DNA of 22,976 nt from an uncultured virus (IMG/VR IMGVR_UViG_3300009181_007169) (IMGVR_UViG_3300009181_007169); one strand, 5' to 3'; positions 15,639 through 22,849 are shown, numbered from the stretch's first letter. The notes: generated by a model from the sequence alone, not told the origin. Numbers and translations: made by a program.

Positions 15639-15897
15639 TTTCCACCTCTAATCTTATTGCTTTTCCATTTTCCCATCGATAATTAACCTCATCACCTGAA
15701 ACACATGGAGCATAGAACTTTACCAAAGTCCATCGCCCTTTAAGATCTTTACAATATTCCTCGCATTCTTCTTGTGTGGAAAACCTTAAACCATTGGTGC
15801 TGTAATCATAGGAATCTGTCGTCACATAGGGAGCCCACGATTTTCTCTGACCTTGGGCGTTCAAATTTTCGATTTCTTTTAATGTTTTATATGTCAT
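15625..15897 (-). CDS. hypothetical phage protein
   Basis: ATG from repeat 15895; NGLRFST.EE...Y..DL..RW...VNYRW. Confidence 0.85.
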   Translation of the reverse strand: MTYKTLKEIENLNAQGQRKSWAPYVTTDSYDYSTNGLRFSTQEECEEYCKDLKGRWTLVKFYAPCVSGDEVNYRWENGKAIRLEVENATS

Positions 15898-15963
15898 ATC
15901 TATTATAATTAGTTTATGTTATAAGTGGAAATTTATCGCCGCCATTCTCCCGGAGGGGATTAT

Positions 15964-16293
15964 TTACATTTCCTCCAAGGGATAATAAGCAACAAGTTGG
16001 AGCGTTTCATTTGGTTCCGCACGTACCTCAATTTTATAAAATTTATCTCCTAAAGACACTATAACGTTTTGAATATACCATACCCAGCTTTCAAAATATT
16101 CATCATACAAATCTAAATCGTCATAAGGGTTTGTATTTTTCAAAAATGAATCAATTTTCAAGAAATACTCAGTGTCTGATTCATGTTCAGGAACTATATG
16201 TACTTTGTCACGAATTTTTTCGAAAAAAGTCAAAGCATTTTTTACGAAAGCTCCTTCTGCCGCGAGAGCTATTTGTATGCAAAACATTTCCAT
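15964..16293 (-). CDS. hypothetical protein
   Basis: Lies between repeats 16291 and 15895. Confidence 0.85.
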   Translation of the reverse strand: MEMFCIQIALAAEGAFVKNALTFFEKIRDKVHIVPEHESDTEYFLKIDSFLKNTNPYDDLDLYDEYFESWVWYIQNVIVSLGDKFYKIEVRAEPNETLQLVAYYPLEEM

Positions 16294-16374
16294 ATTTATT
16301 ATAATTAGATTGTGTTATAACTGGAAAAAAAGACTGTGATGCTCTTAGAGGGGGTATTTGCCCCTCTAATCTTT

Positions 16375-16638
16375 TTACCAGATTTTGTTTTTAATAAGTT
16401 TACCTTCTACCATCTGGTAACTATGGCTTCCTGTATACAACTCTACATCACCACTTGCAATATAACTCATGTAATAATCTATAGCATTATCAATTTCATG
16501 CTCTAAATTATCTTTTAGATGAATAAGAATTTCTTGTTTTTCTTCTTCAGATAATCCTTCAAAGTTAATACAGTCACTGATTGCGTCATAGTCAACTTTA
16601 GATAAGATTTCGATTGTGCAGTTACTTTGTTCAGTCAT
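16375..16638 (-). CDS. acidic hypothetical protein, paralogue of 13807-14079
   Basis: ATG from repeat 16636; YDAISDCINFEGL...SYQMVEGKLIKNK. Confidence 0.85.
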   Translation of the reverse strand: MTEQSNCTIEILSKVDYDAISDCINFEGLSEEEKQEILIHLKDNLEHEIDNAIDYYMSYIASGDVELYTGSHSYQMVEGKLIKNKIW

Positions 16639-16716
16639 GTCTATTATAATTAGATTGTGTTATAACTGGAAAAAATCTGCCGTCGCCCCCACAGAGGGGG
16701 AACAAGTGTTTCATGA

Positions 16717-16800
16717 CCCACATACTGGGGGCGGTGCAGGTTCTCCCTGCACACCATAGCTTGTTCTAGGTCTGGGACAGGCTCAACCCCGCACCTGCCC
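16717..16800. other. GC-rich structured intergenic element
   Basis: Stems 16734-16740/16746-16752 and 16758-16768/16773-16783, plus competing long stem 16729-16742/16785-16800. Confidence 0.45.
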
Positions 16801-16809
16801 ACTCGTGAC

Positions 16810-17121
16810 TTACGCTACTTGGACACTCCCAGAGATTTTGTCGCAAGTAACAATTAGGTTACTGGTTCTGAGACCAAACTTGTAAGCTGGAACCCGAATG
16901 GCTCCATCTTTTTCGATTGTGTAGGTATGGTCGTATTTAACGCCATTTTCTACTGGGACGATAGTCACAGACCCCGTTCCAAGCACAGCAACCTTTTGAC
17001 CTGGTTGAAAGCCAATATGTCGAGTGCCAGCTACTGGAATTCTCACACGGGTGCGTGAGCCAGTCTTGGAATTGAAGTCTACTGCGAATTTGTTAAGTGT
17101 GTGATTAAACATTTTTTTCAT
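16810..17121 (-). CDS. tandem AbrB/SpoVT-like putative DNA-binding protein
   Basis: RVRIPV....GFQPGQKVAV...SVTIVP and TIEKDGAIRVP..FGL; leadered with SD AAGGAG. Confidence 0.6.
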   Translation of the reverse strand: MKKMFNHTLNKFAVDFNSKTGSRTRVRIPVAGTRHIGFQPGQKVAVLGTGSVTIVPVENGVKYDHTYTIEKDGAIRVPAYKFGLRTSNLIVTCDKISGSVQVA

Positions 17122-17216
17122 TTCTCCTTGAGTTGTTTCTTACACCTATTATAATTGGGATTTGTTATAAGTGGAAAAAATTTGCCGCCACCCCCTTGGA
17201 GGGGGTTTTGACCATT

Positions 17217-17864
17217 TCACTCTAAAACATGTGACCAATAACGGGAATCAGATTGTTGTTGTTTTTTATCCCAAAAAATACAACGTGCAATATAGGGTGA
17301 TGATTTAAGCATTTTTGAACGTTCAATCCAATCTTGTTCGTACTTTTCATAAGCAACTTTTTCCTTCTTACTTGTAAATGATTTTTCAATCATACCATAT
17401 AACTTAATCATGTGAGTATCTAAACAAACAATTTCAGCTTCGCTTGGATAACACATTTCAAGAGTAAATGATACTTTAGCCATTCCAATACCTTTGCAAC
17501 GATTGACCAAACGATTTCGAAATTCTATCCAAGTCTCTTCTTTGCCTTGATAGAATTCTTTGGAGTTAGATATAAAATCTTGAGTGAAATTCCAAATAAA
17601 CTCTTGTCTCTTATTTTGCATACCACATCTTGAATCATGCAACTTTTGACCAAGTTTTTCCTTATCATCAATCCATTCGTCAAAATTCTTAATTGCGTTA
17701 TATCCGCGAACATTTCCAGCCCAAGTGGTATGTATTGAAGTGTATGCAAAAAGCCAGCGCCTCAGCACCTCAGAGTCTGTTTTGGGTGATATACACTTCC
17801 AGTATTTTGTGTAGTCATTGATTTCTTTCTTTGAAATATTCTTAAAAACAGTATCAATTGTCAT
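17217..17864 (-). CDS. HhH-GPD superfamily DNA glycosylase, Ogg2-like
   Basis: Start corrected to ATG 17864; RNRLVNRCKGIGMAKVSF...IVCLDTHM...YEKYE resembles the Ogg2 pattern R..LV...KGIG.KEAS...IIDRH...Y..IE. Confidence 0.75.
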   Translation of the reverse strand: MTIDTVFKNISKKEINDYTKYWKCISPKTDSEVLRRWLFAYTSIHTTWAGNVRGYNAIKNFDEWIDDKEKLGQKLHDSRCGMQNKRQEFIWNFTQDFISNSKEFYQGKEETWIEFRNRLVNRCKGIGMAKVSFTLEMCYPSEAEIVCLDTHMIKLYGMIEKSFTSKKEKVAYEKYEQDWIERSKMLKSSPYIARCIFWDKKQQQSDSRYWSHVLE

Positions 17865-17932
17865 ATCTATTATAATCACGATTTGTTATAAGTGGAAAAA
17901 ATCGAGCTGTTGCCCTTTCAGAGGGGGAATTG

Positions 17933-18004
17933 TGGGAACACTGGGATTCGAACCCAGAACTTACTGGTTAAAAGCCAGTTACTCTACCATTGAGTTATGT
18001 ACCC
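17933..18004 (-). tRNA. tRNA-Lys(UUU)
   Basis: GGGTACA/TGTTCCC acceptor, ACTGG-CTTTTAA-CCAGT, CTGGG-TTCGAAT-CCCAG; no encoded CCA; own TATAAT ~15 nt upstream. Confidence 0.95.
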
Positions 18005-18085
18005 ACAATTCTATCTTTAATTATACGCTAAAAATGTAAATTGAATTGTTATATTTTTGTAATGATGTTTAAATTCAGAAATTTT

Positions 18086-18460
18086 CTATTCGTCCTGCTT
18101 ACCTTGGAAGAAATCATATTCTTCATCTGAACGACATCCAATTAAGGACACATTCTTAATAATTGCATTGATTTCATCAACAGTCACTTTTTCATCTGAT
18201 GATGTTATTCCGAAGTCAGCCAAAACATCCTCAAGGCATCTATCGTTAAGGACACACTCTGCAAATTGTTTACGATTTTCAATCATATCCCAAACATCAT
18301 CGAAATAATGCGTGATAGTGCCTTCCACTTCAACCATAGTTGCAAGTTCGTTACCAGAAAATGAATAAATTCTACCTTCATCTGTTATTAGGTCAAAATC
18401 AGGGCAAGAATTTGAACCAATGTTTGTTGTTTCGTCAAATAGTTGAATTGCATATTTCAT
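18086..18460 (-). CDS. acidic hypothetical protein
   Basis: ATG from repeat 18458. Confidence 0.85.
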   Translation of the reverse strand: MKYAIQLFDETTNIGSNSCPDFDLITDEGRIYSFSGNELATMVEVEGTITHYFDDVWDMIENRKQFAECVLNDRCLEDVLADFGITSSDEKVTVDEINAIIKNVSLIGCRSDEEYDFFQGKQDE

Positions 18461-18522
18461 ATTTAATATAATTAAATTTTGTTATAATTGGAAAAAATCT
18501 GCCGCCGATCTCTTAGAGGGGG

Positions 18523-18550
18523 AATCACAACTATTTTTTTAGTTGTGATT
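18523..18550 (-). terminator. hairpin after ardC
   Basis: Perfect 11-bp inverted repeat AATCACAACTA/TAGTTGTGATT. Confidence 0.5.
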
Positions 18551-18558
18551 CTTATCAA

Positions 18559-19410
18559 TTAAGCTGTAGCCTCTTGAGTTTTAACACCAAGAATATAGTC
18601 TACGGCTTTTTGGGCTTTATTGGCACTACTCACAATCATTTCAGGATTATTCTTAAATGCTTTCATCCAGTTTTGTATGTAAGCTGAAGAATTTTCTAAA
18701 GTGTTATCAATTCCAGCGTGGTTACAAAGAAACGCAGAAGCAAACTCGGCAATCAATTCTTCTTCACTATACTGTATAGTACCGAAAGAATCAAAATTGG
18801 CTACACCTTTACGATTTAAGCGTTTTTCATGACCAGTGGAGTGAGCATATTCATGAAACAATGTAGAGTAAAATTCTTCTGTGCTAAGGAATTGTGCTTT
18901 AGGTGGCATTTTTACCTTATCTTCAACAGGAGAATAACAAGCAAAAGAATGACTGAATAATGTTACAGGTTTATCGTTATAGTTATTAACGATTTCTTCA
19001 GCTTCGATAATCTCAGCTTTTCTAAGTGCTTCTAATTTCTCAATATCTTCTTTTGAAAACTCAATACCGTCAGTTTGTTCAATGTTAAAAACATTAAAGT
19101 ATTTGAGTAGTGGGATATTTTTCTTCTTGCCATCTTGTTCTTTACTCAAGATATTCCAGAACACAATCTGCTTGGACTTTTCACCCTTCTTAACTTCACC
19201 TCCAAGTTCTTTGACTTGACGATAGGTGAGCCAACGTTCATCAACGTAGCCTGATGCTGATAGAATAAAAAAGTTGATGCCAGAATACTTGCGATTGGTC
19301 AAGCCATTTCTAGGCGTGGAGTTTTTCCAAGGTTTTCTCCAGGGAATAACACCTTTTTCCAAAGATTCCATAATTTGATTGAATACCGCTTCGTGTGCAA
19401 TTGATTTCAT
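18559..19410 (-). CDS. ardC: ArdC-family antirestriction protein (ssDNA-binding domain + zincin-like domain)
   Basis: IPWRKPW, N..T.RKYSGIN, WLTYRQ..ELGG.VKKGEK, FNVFN..Q, YSTLFHEYAHSTGH..RLNR, YSEEELIAE. Confidence 0.93.
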   Translation of the reverse strand: MKSIAHEAVFNQIMESLEKGVIPWRKPWKNSTPRNGLTNRKYSGINFFILSASGYVDERWLTYRQVKELGGEVKKGEKSKQIVFWNILSKEQDGKKKNIPLLKYFNVFNIEQTDGIEFSKEDIEKLEALRKAEIIEAEEIVNNYNDKPVTLFSHSFACYSPVEDKVKMPPKAQFLSTEEFYSTLFHEYAHSTGHEKRLNRKGVANFDSFGTIQYSEEELIAEFASAFLCNHAGIDNTLENSSAYIQNWMKAFKNNPEMIVSSANKAQKAVDYILGVKTQEATA

Positions 19411-19491
19411 ATCTATTATAATTAGAATTTGTTATAACTGGAAAAAATTTGCCGCCATTCCTTTGGAGGGGGAATTTATCCTCCAAAGGAA

Positions 19492-19965
19492 TTAGTCAGA
19501 ATTCATACTTTGAATTTGCTCAATGATTTCTTCATCAGATAGACCTTGGTTTTCAACCACCCAATACTTTTCATCTAGCCAATCAAGACCTTCAGGGTCT
19601 CCATCTTCAATCAATCCCTGTATCATTTCATCCAAATCTTTAGTGATAATTGTATAAGAATGAAGCTCTATTTCATCTTCTACTTTGATAGGAACCTCAA
19701 GGTATCTACAAGGATATTTGTACCCCATAAAATCAATTGTTTCGGGGAACAATGAGACATGAGATAGAGCTTCATTGTAAGCTCCAAAATCTTGAGACGA
19801 AACATAAAGGTGAAACCGATTTGTTTCTGAATTATACTCAAAAATCCCAGCTAGGATGCCATTGATACGAATATCTATTGCAGGATAAGGTGTGTCGCCA
19901 CCCAAGGTAGCGGTGATGGCTCCTGCTGGAGTTTGTTGGACGATTTCAGTAACTGTTTCATTCAT
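19492..19965 (-). CDS. acidic hypothetical protein
   Basis: ATG from repeat 19963. Confidence 0.85.
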   Translation of the reverse strand: MNETVTEIVQQTPAGAITATLGGDTPYPAIDIRINGILAGIFEYNSETNRFHLYVSSQDFGAYNEALSHVSLFPETIDFMGYKYPCRYLEVPIKVEDEIELHSYTIITKDLDEMIQGLIEDGDPEGLDWLDEKYWVVENQGLSDEEIIEQIQSMNSD

Positions 19966-20053
19966 GTATATTATAATAAGAATTTGTTATAACTGGAAAA
20001 ATAAAGGCGGCGGCGCCTTCGGAGGGGGTTTCCCCCCTCCTCACACAATCTGA

Positions 20054-20692
20054 TTAGGCAGAAAACACAATCTGAGCCTTTAATGGTCTCTTGTAGAAAC
20101 CAAAGGTGGTATCATTTGTAGAAGGGTGCACAGTGGCATTAAATTGCACTTTGTCGCCCACTTTGACATCATTAGCAATATTAGATGGTATTGAACCAAA
20201 CACAGCAAAATCACGCTCGTCTAGAACAATCATCTTAGTGGCGAAACCTATATTTTCATCACCATACACTTTAATTTTTTGAACAGTGCCTTTAATGATA
20301 TCTCTGCCTTCTACAGCGGTTCCAGTACGTGTACTTACAGGCATTGGCTCAGGTAGATTTACACGAGCTGGTAAGCCTTCAATACCATATTTCGAATTAT
20401 AGGCTTGTGCCTTCTTGTAAATTTCATCCTCGATTTGTACAAGTAATCTTTTGCCTGTAAACCACTTTGGGCTTTTTCTGAGCTGTTTGGTGATTGACCA
20501 ATGCTGTTCAATCTTTTCATCAAGAATGAATGCACCTTTTAGGCAAAAACGCATTGCACCTCGGATTTTGCCATCTGAACACATTACATAGGTAACATAT
20601 CTACCTCTAGCACCGCAATGTGGACAGTTGTCATCTCGTATTTCGGTTTTGTTGGTGATGTAAAGAGCAAAATGTGGTTTTTGTTTTTCCAT
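20054..20692 (-). CDS. Zn-ribbon + OB-fold-like protein
   Basis: CPHCG...C...C N-terminus; C-terminal EGR..IKGTVQKIK...KMIV...VFGSIP...KVGDKVQFNATV...FGFYKRP. Confidence 0.75.
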   Translation of the reverse strand: MEKQKPHFALYITNKTEIRDDNCPHCGARGRYVTYVMCSDGKIRGAMRFCLKGAFILDEKIEQHWSITKQLRKSPKWFTGKRLLVQIEDEIYKKAQAYNSKYGIEGLPARVNLPEPMPVSTRTGTAVEGRDIIKGTVQKIKVYGDENIGFATKMIVLDERDFAVFGSIPSNIANDVKVGDKVQFNATVHPSTNDTTFGFYKRPLKAQIVFSA

Positions 20693-20726
20693 GTCTAATA
20701 TAATCAGATTGTGTTATAACTGGAAA

Positions 20727-21272
20727 TTAGGATTCATGTTTCTCCCAACCTTCACCTGAACTCCAAATCCCATCGGGATACCAGCTCAAAAATTCATCTT
20801 TTGAACAGTTGATTTCATTTCTGTCGTAATCCCAACCTGTTACCAAATCATCATAACAAGCTATAAAAAACGATTGCTGAATATCTCCTTCCCAATTTGT
20901 GAGAACAACAGCTTGAGAATAGTCAATTCGATTAAGCATTTCCTCGGTAGTAAGTAGCTCACCAGATGCGGAATTTGTTGGCATTGGTAGTTCTACTACT
21001 ATTATATTATCGTTTACTACAATTTCTAAACCATAATCTACTTCATCAATCACCAAGAAATTTCTGTCCTCGATTTTGCCTAGCTCAAGCTCGAAAATGT
21101 CCTTTTCACTTGTGAATTCGATATTTGGGTGGTAAAGCTCATAGTACTCTTCAATGTCTTCCCATCCTGCAATAGCATCCCATCTCTTTTGGTTGATTGG
21201 TGTAATGCCATAGTATGCTACGAGGTGTCGTATGTCTTCAAATCTTCTTATGTTTATTGCTTCTGTTATCAT
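20727..21272 (-). CDS. acidic hypothetical protein
   Basis: ATG from repeat 21270 (5-nt gap); C-terminal module shared with 21929-22492. Confidence 0.85.
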   Translation of the reverse strand: MITEAINIRRFEDIRHLVAYYGITPINQKRWDAIAGWEDIEEYYELYHPNIEFTSEKDIFELELGKIEDRNFLVIDEVDYGLEIVVNDNIIVVELPMPTNSASGELLTTEEMLNRIDYSQAVVLTNWEGDIQQSFFIACYDDLVTGWDYDRNEINCSKDEFLSWYPDGIWSSGEGWEKHES

Positions 21273-21307
21273 TGTCTATTATAATCTGTATTTGTTATAA
21301 GTGGAAA

Positions 21308-21427
21308 TTAGTTTTCTCGATTATCAAAGAAACAATCTCCTAGAATTTCAAAGAAAAAAAACACCAACCACACAATCGCTATGGAAGTTGCAAGTGAGAG
21401 TAAAAGAAAAATGCTAAAATTAAGCAT
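21308..21427 (-). CDS. small single-TM protein (39 aa, not in ORF track)
   Basis: GAGGA upstream; MLNFSIFLLLSLATSIAIVWLVFFFFEILGDCFFDNREN; stop abuts repeat 21270. Confidence 0.55.
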   Translation of the reverse strand: MLNFSIFLLLSLATSIAIVWLVFFFFEILGDCFFDNREN

Positions 21428-21638
21428 TCATTTCCTCAATTCTAGTGTTTATAAATGTCACCTCACAGTTGAAATCAAGTGGATTTGTTAGCGTTCCAGC
21501 ATCATCAAAAGCAATAGCTGGATGTAGTTCCAGCGAACTCATAGTGAGATAGTAGGGAATTCCATTATGGTCTTCCCCAAGTTCAACGTGGTCAGGCACA
21601 TCTACAATAGTCTCAAGAGTGATTTTAATTTGTTTCAA
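21420..21638 (-). CDS. hypothetical protein
   Basis: TTG start with GGAG upstream; overlaps the upstream stop. Confidence 0.7.
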   Translation of the reverse strand: MKQIKITLETIVDVPDHVELGEDHNGIPYYLTMSSLELHPAIAFDDAGTLTNPLDFNCEVTFINTRIEEMNA

Positions 21639-21861
21639 GGTCTATGCTCCATGTACAAGAGGTGTTGCCAGTGTTAATAGCAAAGTAGGGGTGACCGTCA
21701 TCAAGAACATCGTTATCGTCCTCATCTGAAATTTCAAGTTCCATTTCTATGCCGTAGAATTCTTCAATGCTAACATCGTTGAAAGTAAGGTGGCATTTTA
21801 GTTGTTCTTTGGAAAGGTTATTAAGTGCTGTTTTTAGGTCTTCGAATGTTTTTAATCTCAT
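21625..21861 (-). CDS. acidic hypothetical protein
   Basis: ATG from repeat 21859. Confidence 0.85.
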   Translation of the reverse strand: MRLKTFEDLKTALNNLSKEQLKCHLTFNDVSIEEFYGIEMELEISDEDDNDVLDDGHPYFAINTGNTSCTWSIDLETN

Positions 21862-21928
21862 ATCTATTATAATTGTGTTTTGTTATAACTGGAAAAAATC
21901 GGGCGAAAATTGCTCGATTTTCATTCAG

Positions 21929-22492
21929 TTATTGTCTCCTTGAACTTGAAAACGGCTTGGGGGTGACTGGGCGGTCCTTGGGACCGAAGCTGTTCTGCTT
22001 AGGAGTTCCTTTGGGTTTTGACTTGTTTTCATCTACTTCCTCTACAATCTGTCCTATAATAATTGATAACTGCATGACTATGAATGATAGCACAGATAAT
22101 GATAATAATAGGAACCCAGCACAATTACCTATTTCAAATACAAACTTTGGTGTATTAAACAAGAGCGGATTAAGAAATACTAAAACAAACCCTATAAATA
22201 AAGAAAGTGCAAATGAGAAAGCCCAAACACAACCAGCCTTGTTGGTAATTTTTTGATAATCTGGCTTCCACTTTATTCGCCTTTCCCATTTTGCATCTGA
22301 ATACAATTCTAAAAATTCCTTTCTAGACATTACAAATTTATTTCCATCGGGATCTAAACCATACACCTCTTCTTCACGGCAACCAAGACTGTATAAACGT
22401 CTCAAAGTCCCACCTAAGAGAGTAACGTCTTGACAGTCTGGGCGATTTTGAATTCGATTAAGTATCTGCTCTGTAGTAAGTAATTCATTCAT
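21929..22492 (-). CDS. chimeric membrane protein
   Basis: ATG from repeat 22490; N-terminal module resembles the C-terminus of 20727-21272, two-TM module resembles 22559-22849. Confidence 0.85.
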   Translation of the reverse strand: MNELLTTEQILNRIQNRPDCQDVTLLGGTLRRLYSLGCREEEVYGLDPDGNKFVMSRKEFLELYSDAKWERRIKWKPDYQKITNKAGCVWAFSFALSLFIGFVLVFLNPLLFNTPKFVFEIGNCAGFLLLSLSVLSFIVMQLSIIIGQIVEEVDENKSKPKGTPKQNSFGPKDRPVTPKPFSSSRRQ

Positions 22493-22558
22493 GCTTATTA
22501 TAATTGTGTTTTGTTATAGCTGGAAAAAATCGGGCGAAAATTGCCCGATTTTCTTCAT

Positions 22559-22849
22559 TCAGTTATTGTCTCGCTTTTTGTTCGTAATTTTTTGAATGAG
22601 ATTGTAACATTTTCCTTTCTCTTCAATATTTCTCAGAATATCTGAATACAAAACTACTAAGCATGAGAGATTACATAATAATAGTAATATGTAAAAAACA
22701 TACCGAGCCTTTTCATCATACATCTCAGATATGCCAAATAATCGAAGAAATATTGAAGGTAACGTTATAACTACCATTTGTGCAAATAATAAACCCGCAG
22801 CACAAAGAGCTTTGTTGGAAATTTTTCGATAATCTGGCTTCCGCTTCAT
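22559..22849 (-). CDS. two-TM membrane protein
   Basis: SD AAGGAG and ATGA overlap; MKRKPDYRKISNKA followed by hydrophobic helices. Confidence 0.8.
   Translation of the reverse strand: MKRKPDYRKISNKALCAAGLLFAQMVVITLPSIFLRLFGISEMYDEKARYVFYILLLLCNLSCLVVLYSDILRNIEEKGKCYNLIQKITNKKRDNN

Larger units (their letters stand above)
2683..22551 (-). repeat. dispersed ~64-bp intergenic repeat (hairpin + sigma70-like promoter + start codon), ~40 copies
   Basis: Plus-strand form CAT-N4-ATTATAAT-N8-GTTATAA(C/G/A)TGGAAA...CCCCTTGGAGGGG. Copies start at ~2683, 3023, 3425, 3485, 3775, 4098, 4395, 4743, 5513, 5791, 6032, 6537, 7006, 7401, 8007, 8595, 9012, 9316, 9621, 10710, 11226, 11707, 12501, 12868, 14077, 14330, 14813, 15416, 15895, 16291, 16636, 17141, 17862, 18458, 19408, 19963, 20690, 21270, 21859 and 22490. 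Partial copies at 3091, 7798 and 13685. All have the same orientation. Confidence 0.97.

Noticed and set aside
3428..17879. N-terminal extensions of ORFs starting at 3445, 5632, 11725, 13726 and 17879
   Set aside because: The extensions read through the repeat; the ATG at the conserved position (or after an SD for 11650) is the better start.
2898..22256. Shadow ORFs in the track (e.g. 2898-3164, 2907-3092, 3336-3662, 3474-3740, 5471-6001, 6656-6901, 7846-8115, 8279-8554, 9067-9345, 9598-9882, 10585-10797, 11002-11298, 11930-12145, 13224-13466, 14238-14426, 14563-14775, 14570-14809, 17525-17749, 17818-18039, 21873-22256)
   Set aside because: They overlap better-supported genes or tRNAs. Their shared peptides (IIIRxCYxWKK, FPLITNPDYNR) are just translations of the DNA repeat, not a protein family.
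2683..22551. CRISPR array interpretation of the repeats
   Set aside because: Inter-repeat segments are mostly 0.2-1 kb, variable in length and contain whole genes; no cas genes are visible.
2683..22551. Classical integron attC sites
   Set aside because: No RYYYAAC...GTTRRRY ends with a long imperfect palindrome, the element carries its own promoter-like boxes and ATG, and no IntI is present in the window.
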